This document shows positions 61,701 through 64,000 of a DNA stretch of 64,000 nt, in pieces. Below the pieces are notes generated by a model. The model was not told the DNA's origin. It ran no database searches and was given only the letters and a program-made list of their open reading frames with translations. The stretch lies in contig CM060734.1 of assembly GCA_030704615.1 (NCBI GenBank), positions 44,020,001 through 44,084,000 on the forward strand, read 5' to 3'. The first letter of the stretch is position 1, and each line of letters opens with the position of its first letter. The stretch comes from Takakia lepidozioides. Lineage: Eukaryota; Plantae; Bryophyta. The position numbers and the translations under genes were made by a program.

Positions 61701-64000
61701 TAATAAAGCGTGTATGTGGCCTACCGACTAGAACTCCAAATGCCCTCACGCAACTCCCTACTGACCACTACGGAATTGGTTCGAGCCCATTAATCATCTC
61801 ATATGCTCGCACCCAATTAAAAGAAGCACTCAACGATCATAGGTGTCTAGGTATCATTTATCAGGGACTTCTCAAACACCTTGCATTAAAATACAATGGC
61901 CTCTACTCATTATCATCCCTACACCCACAGGCCTACCTATACTCCCCCAGTGCACGCACACTACTCATCCTACGCCAAATGAAAATTAGCATACAAACCG
62001 ATCTGCCAGCCTATCCTAACACCTCGTCACCTTTAGAACGCGCATGGCTCACAAGCCCTTTTTTATCGCAATTCGACGTCTCTTATCCCAAACAAAAGAC
62101 CCCCATCCTCACCTATTTCAAAGAACGTCACATCACCACCCTCACCCAACTTACTACCGCCACCGGCCATAGACTTTTAAAACCAAGCGAACTCACTCTT
62201 AAGTTCTCCCGAGCCACGTCCAAAACCAATCGATGCCTACACCACCTTCGCACCCTCTTTTGTCATCCCTCAGCAGCCTGCACTCTCCAATGTGATCTCC
62301 CCTGCCTCTACTATCCACATACGGCCCAAGACCTGCTCCCCCAGCACCGATCTTCCCCTATTGCCTCCATCTATCAAACACTCAAAACGGCATATACCAC
62401 CAATACTCCTACAGACACACAACCCGATCCCCCATATCAAGTACCTAACACACACCCTCCCGAACCTAACCACAACCTGCTTACGCCATTCACTCCATCA
62501 CCTAGTCTGCAAGGCTCCCCCACCCCCTCCCAACTAACCACCGCACTGTCCCCCCCATCCTCACCACATAGTCACGACAATAATAATGCTTACATCATTG
62601 AAGCCATACTAGGAGTTAAAACCCAAATGTCCATTGATGCCTTTGGGGCCACCTGCATTGATACATACTATCATTGTCAATGGGCTGGGTACTCCTCATC
62701 AGACAACACATGGCAGATAGAAGATGACTTATTCGGCCCACATGACGATTGCCACCCCAAACACAATCTTGCCCTACTCACCACCTTCCACAAAAATACT
62801 AACACCGATTATCTAACACAAACCAACAACACGCCATTCCCACCCAACCTACAGATAACAGATACATACACCAACCCATCTATGCTCCCAACGTACACAT
62901 CTGCATAACTGAATGTAATCCCGACAAAGATGTCAAGCATGATCAACCACTCATCCTCATGGGCCCCCACCTCTCCAATATCTATGCTCAACATGGCCGC
63001 TTCATTGGACTCATTCCTAATACACGATTAGCATGGTCGTGGGAGAAATACTCTACTGCAAGCTCATCTCCACAATCACTACAACCCCCGAAACAAGACT
63101 TTGCTACCGAATTATATTGGTTGGTTGACCGCTACCTCAAAGACACTCCCCCCAAGAAACCCCGGTCCCTCACTAGATTGGAAACAGCATGTGCACACCA
63201 TACCATACTCCAAGATATTCTCACCTTAATTATCAATACATTCCAGCTTACTCACTCATACTACTCCAACCCACTGACATGCCCAATGACATTGCACACA
63301 TTTTCTAGCCCACACCACAGAGACTGTATCTTTGGAGCCACATGTACTGCCACCCAGCACACTTGGGAAGGTCGGGGCCTTGCCCACCCTCCTGGCCCCC
63401 TTGCTTACAAAGCTCTTCAATGGCAAAACTTGATGCGCACTCCTCTCCTCCTGCGTCCACAATCCTCATCCTCACACACCAAATCACACCGAGGACCTCT
63501 CACCCTCTCCTACGACTCCCAGAAGATGTTAACTTACTTGCCACAATTGACCCAACCCAACTTAAATATATTCACACCCCTCCTCTTCCCAAATACCTCA
63601 AATGGAAAGAACCCACCCTTACCCTGATGCTACATGTCCAAAACCCCCTTCATGCAGACATACCGACACATTTCCTCCATTAACTAGAACAATTACTAAC
63701 CAAAACCCATAAACTAAAGGCCACCATCCATCACCCAACTGCCCTCCCTCACACCCACGCACCCGCCACACTGCCCCGGATTAGAACAAACAAAGTTTGG
63801 AACGTTGCTATACCACGCCCCCCACAGGTCGCGCCAACAACGCCTCCCCCTCCAATCCCCGCAATATATCAACAAAACACCATCCCTAAATACCCACCGG
63901 CCAACTCACACTACACCGACGGATCCCTCACCAAACCTAATGCAAGGTACGGTATCTATCACGCCAACACCAGTCAAGGCGTTGCCCTCAGGCTCCCTGG
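58712..64000 (+). mobile_element. Dualen/RandI-like non-LTR retrotransposon (APE-RT-chromo-MTase-like-RNase H), frameshifted, continues past the window end
   Basis: APE motifs ILTWNV, IILLQETKL, ILAGDFN and SDHYPV; RT motifs KAPGPDLIPN, NYRPIALAN, QEGFR, RGTIQGDTLSP, EPLLRWL and YADD (61238-61249); chromodomain at 62591-62731; RNase H start YTDGS at 63912. Confidence 0.85.

Overview
Eukaryotic, intron-containing, transposon-rich plant genomic DNA. A bryophyte such as a moss is the best guess from gene and element types, but this is inference. Host genes: a 4-exon SAM-dependent methyltransferase (8414-11144,+), a short coiled-coil ORF (27125-27649,+), an At1g76660-like Pro/Ser-rich gene (~30967-34580,-) and an F-box/kelch pseudogene (~57941-58614,-). 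Most of the rest is mobile DNA: L1-type LINE fragments, a SWIM/MULE-type transposase remnant, MULE and CACTA MITEs, tandem non-autonomous Helitrons, a tRNA-derived SINE and a decayed non-chromovirus Ty3/gypsy element (-). Three things stand out. (1) A Dualen/RandI-like LINE at 58.7-64 kb whose polyprotein reads APE endonuclease - RT - chromodomain - PCIF1/CAPAM-like adenine-methyltransferase-like segment - RNase H. (2) Two intact, mutually paralogous Cys/His-motif extra ORFs directly upstream of the gypsy gag. (3) A ~7 kb antisense ORF array with degenerate 147-bp/49-aa repeats downstream of the gypsy integrase. All family assignments come from motif recognition by eye; no database searches were run.
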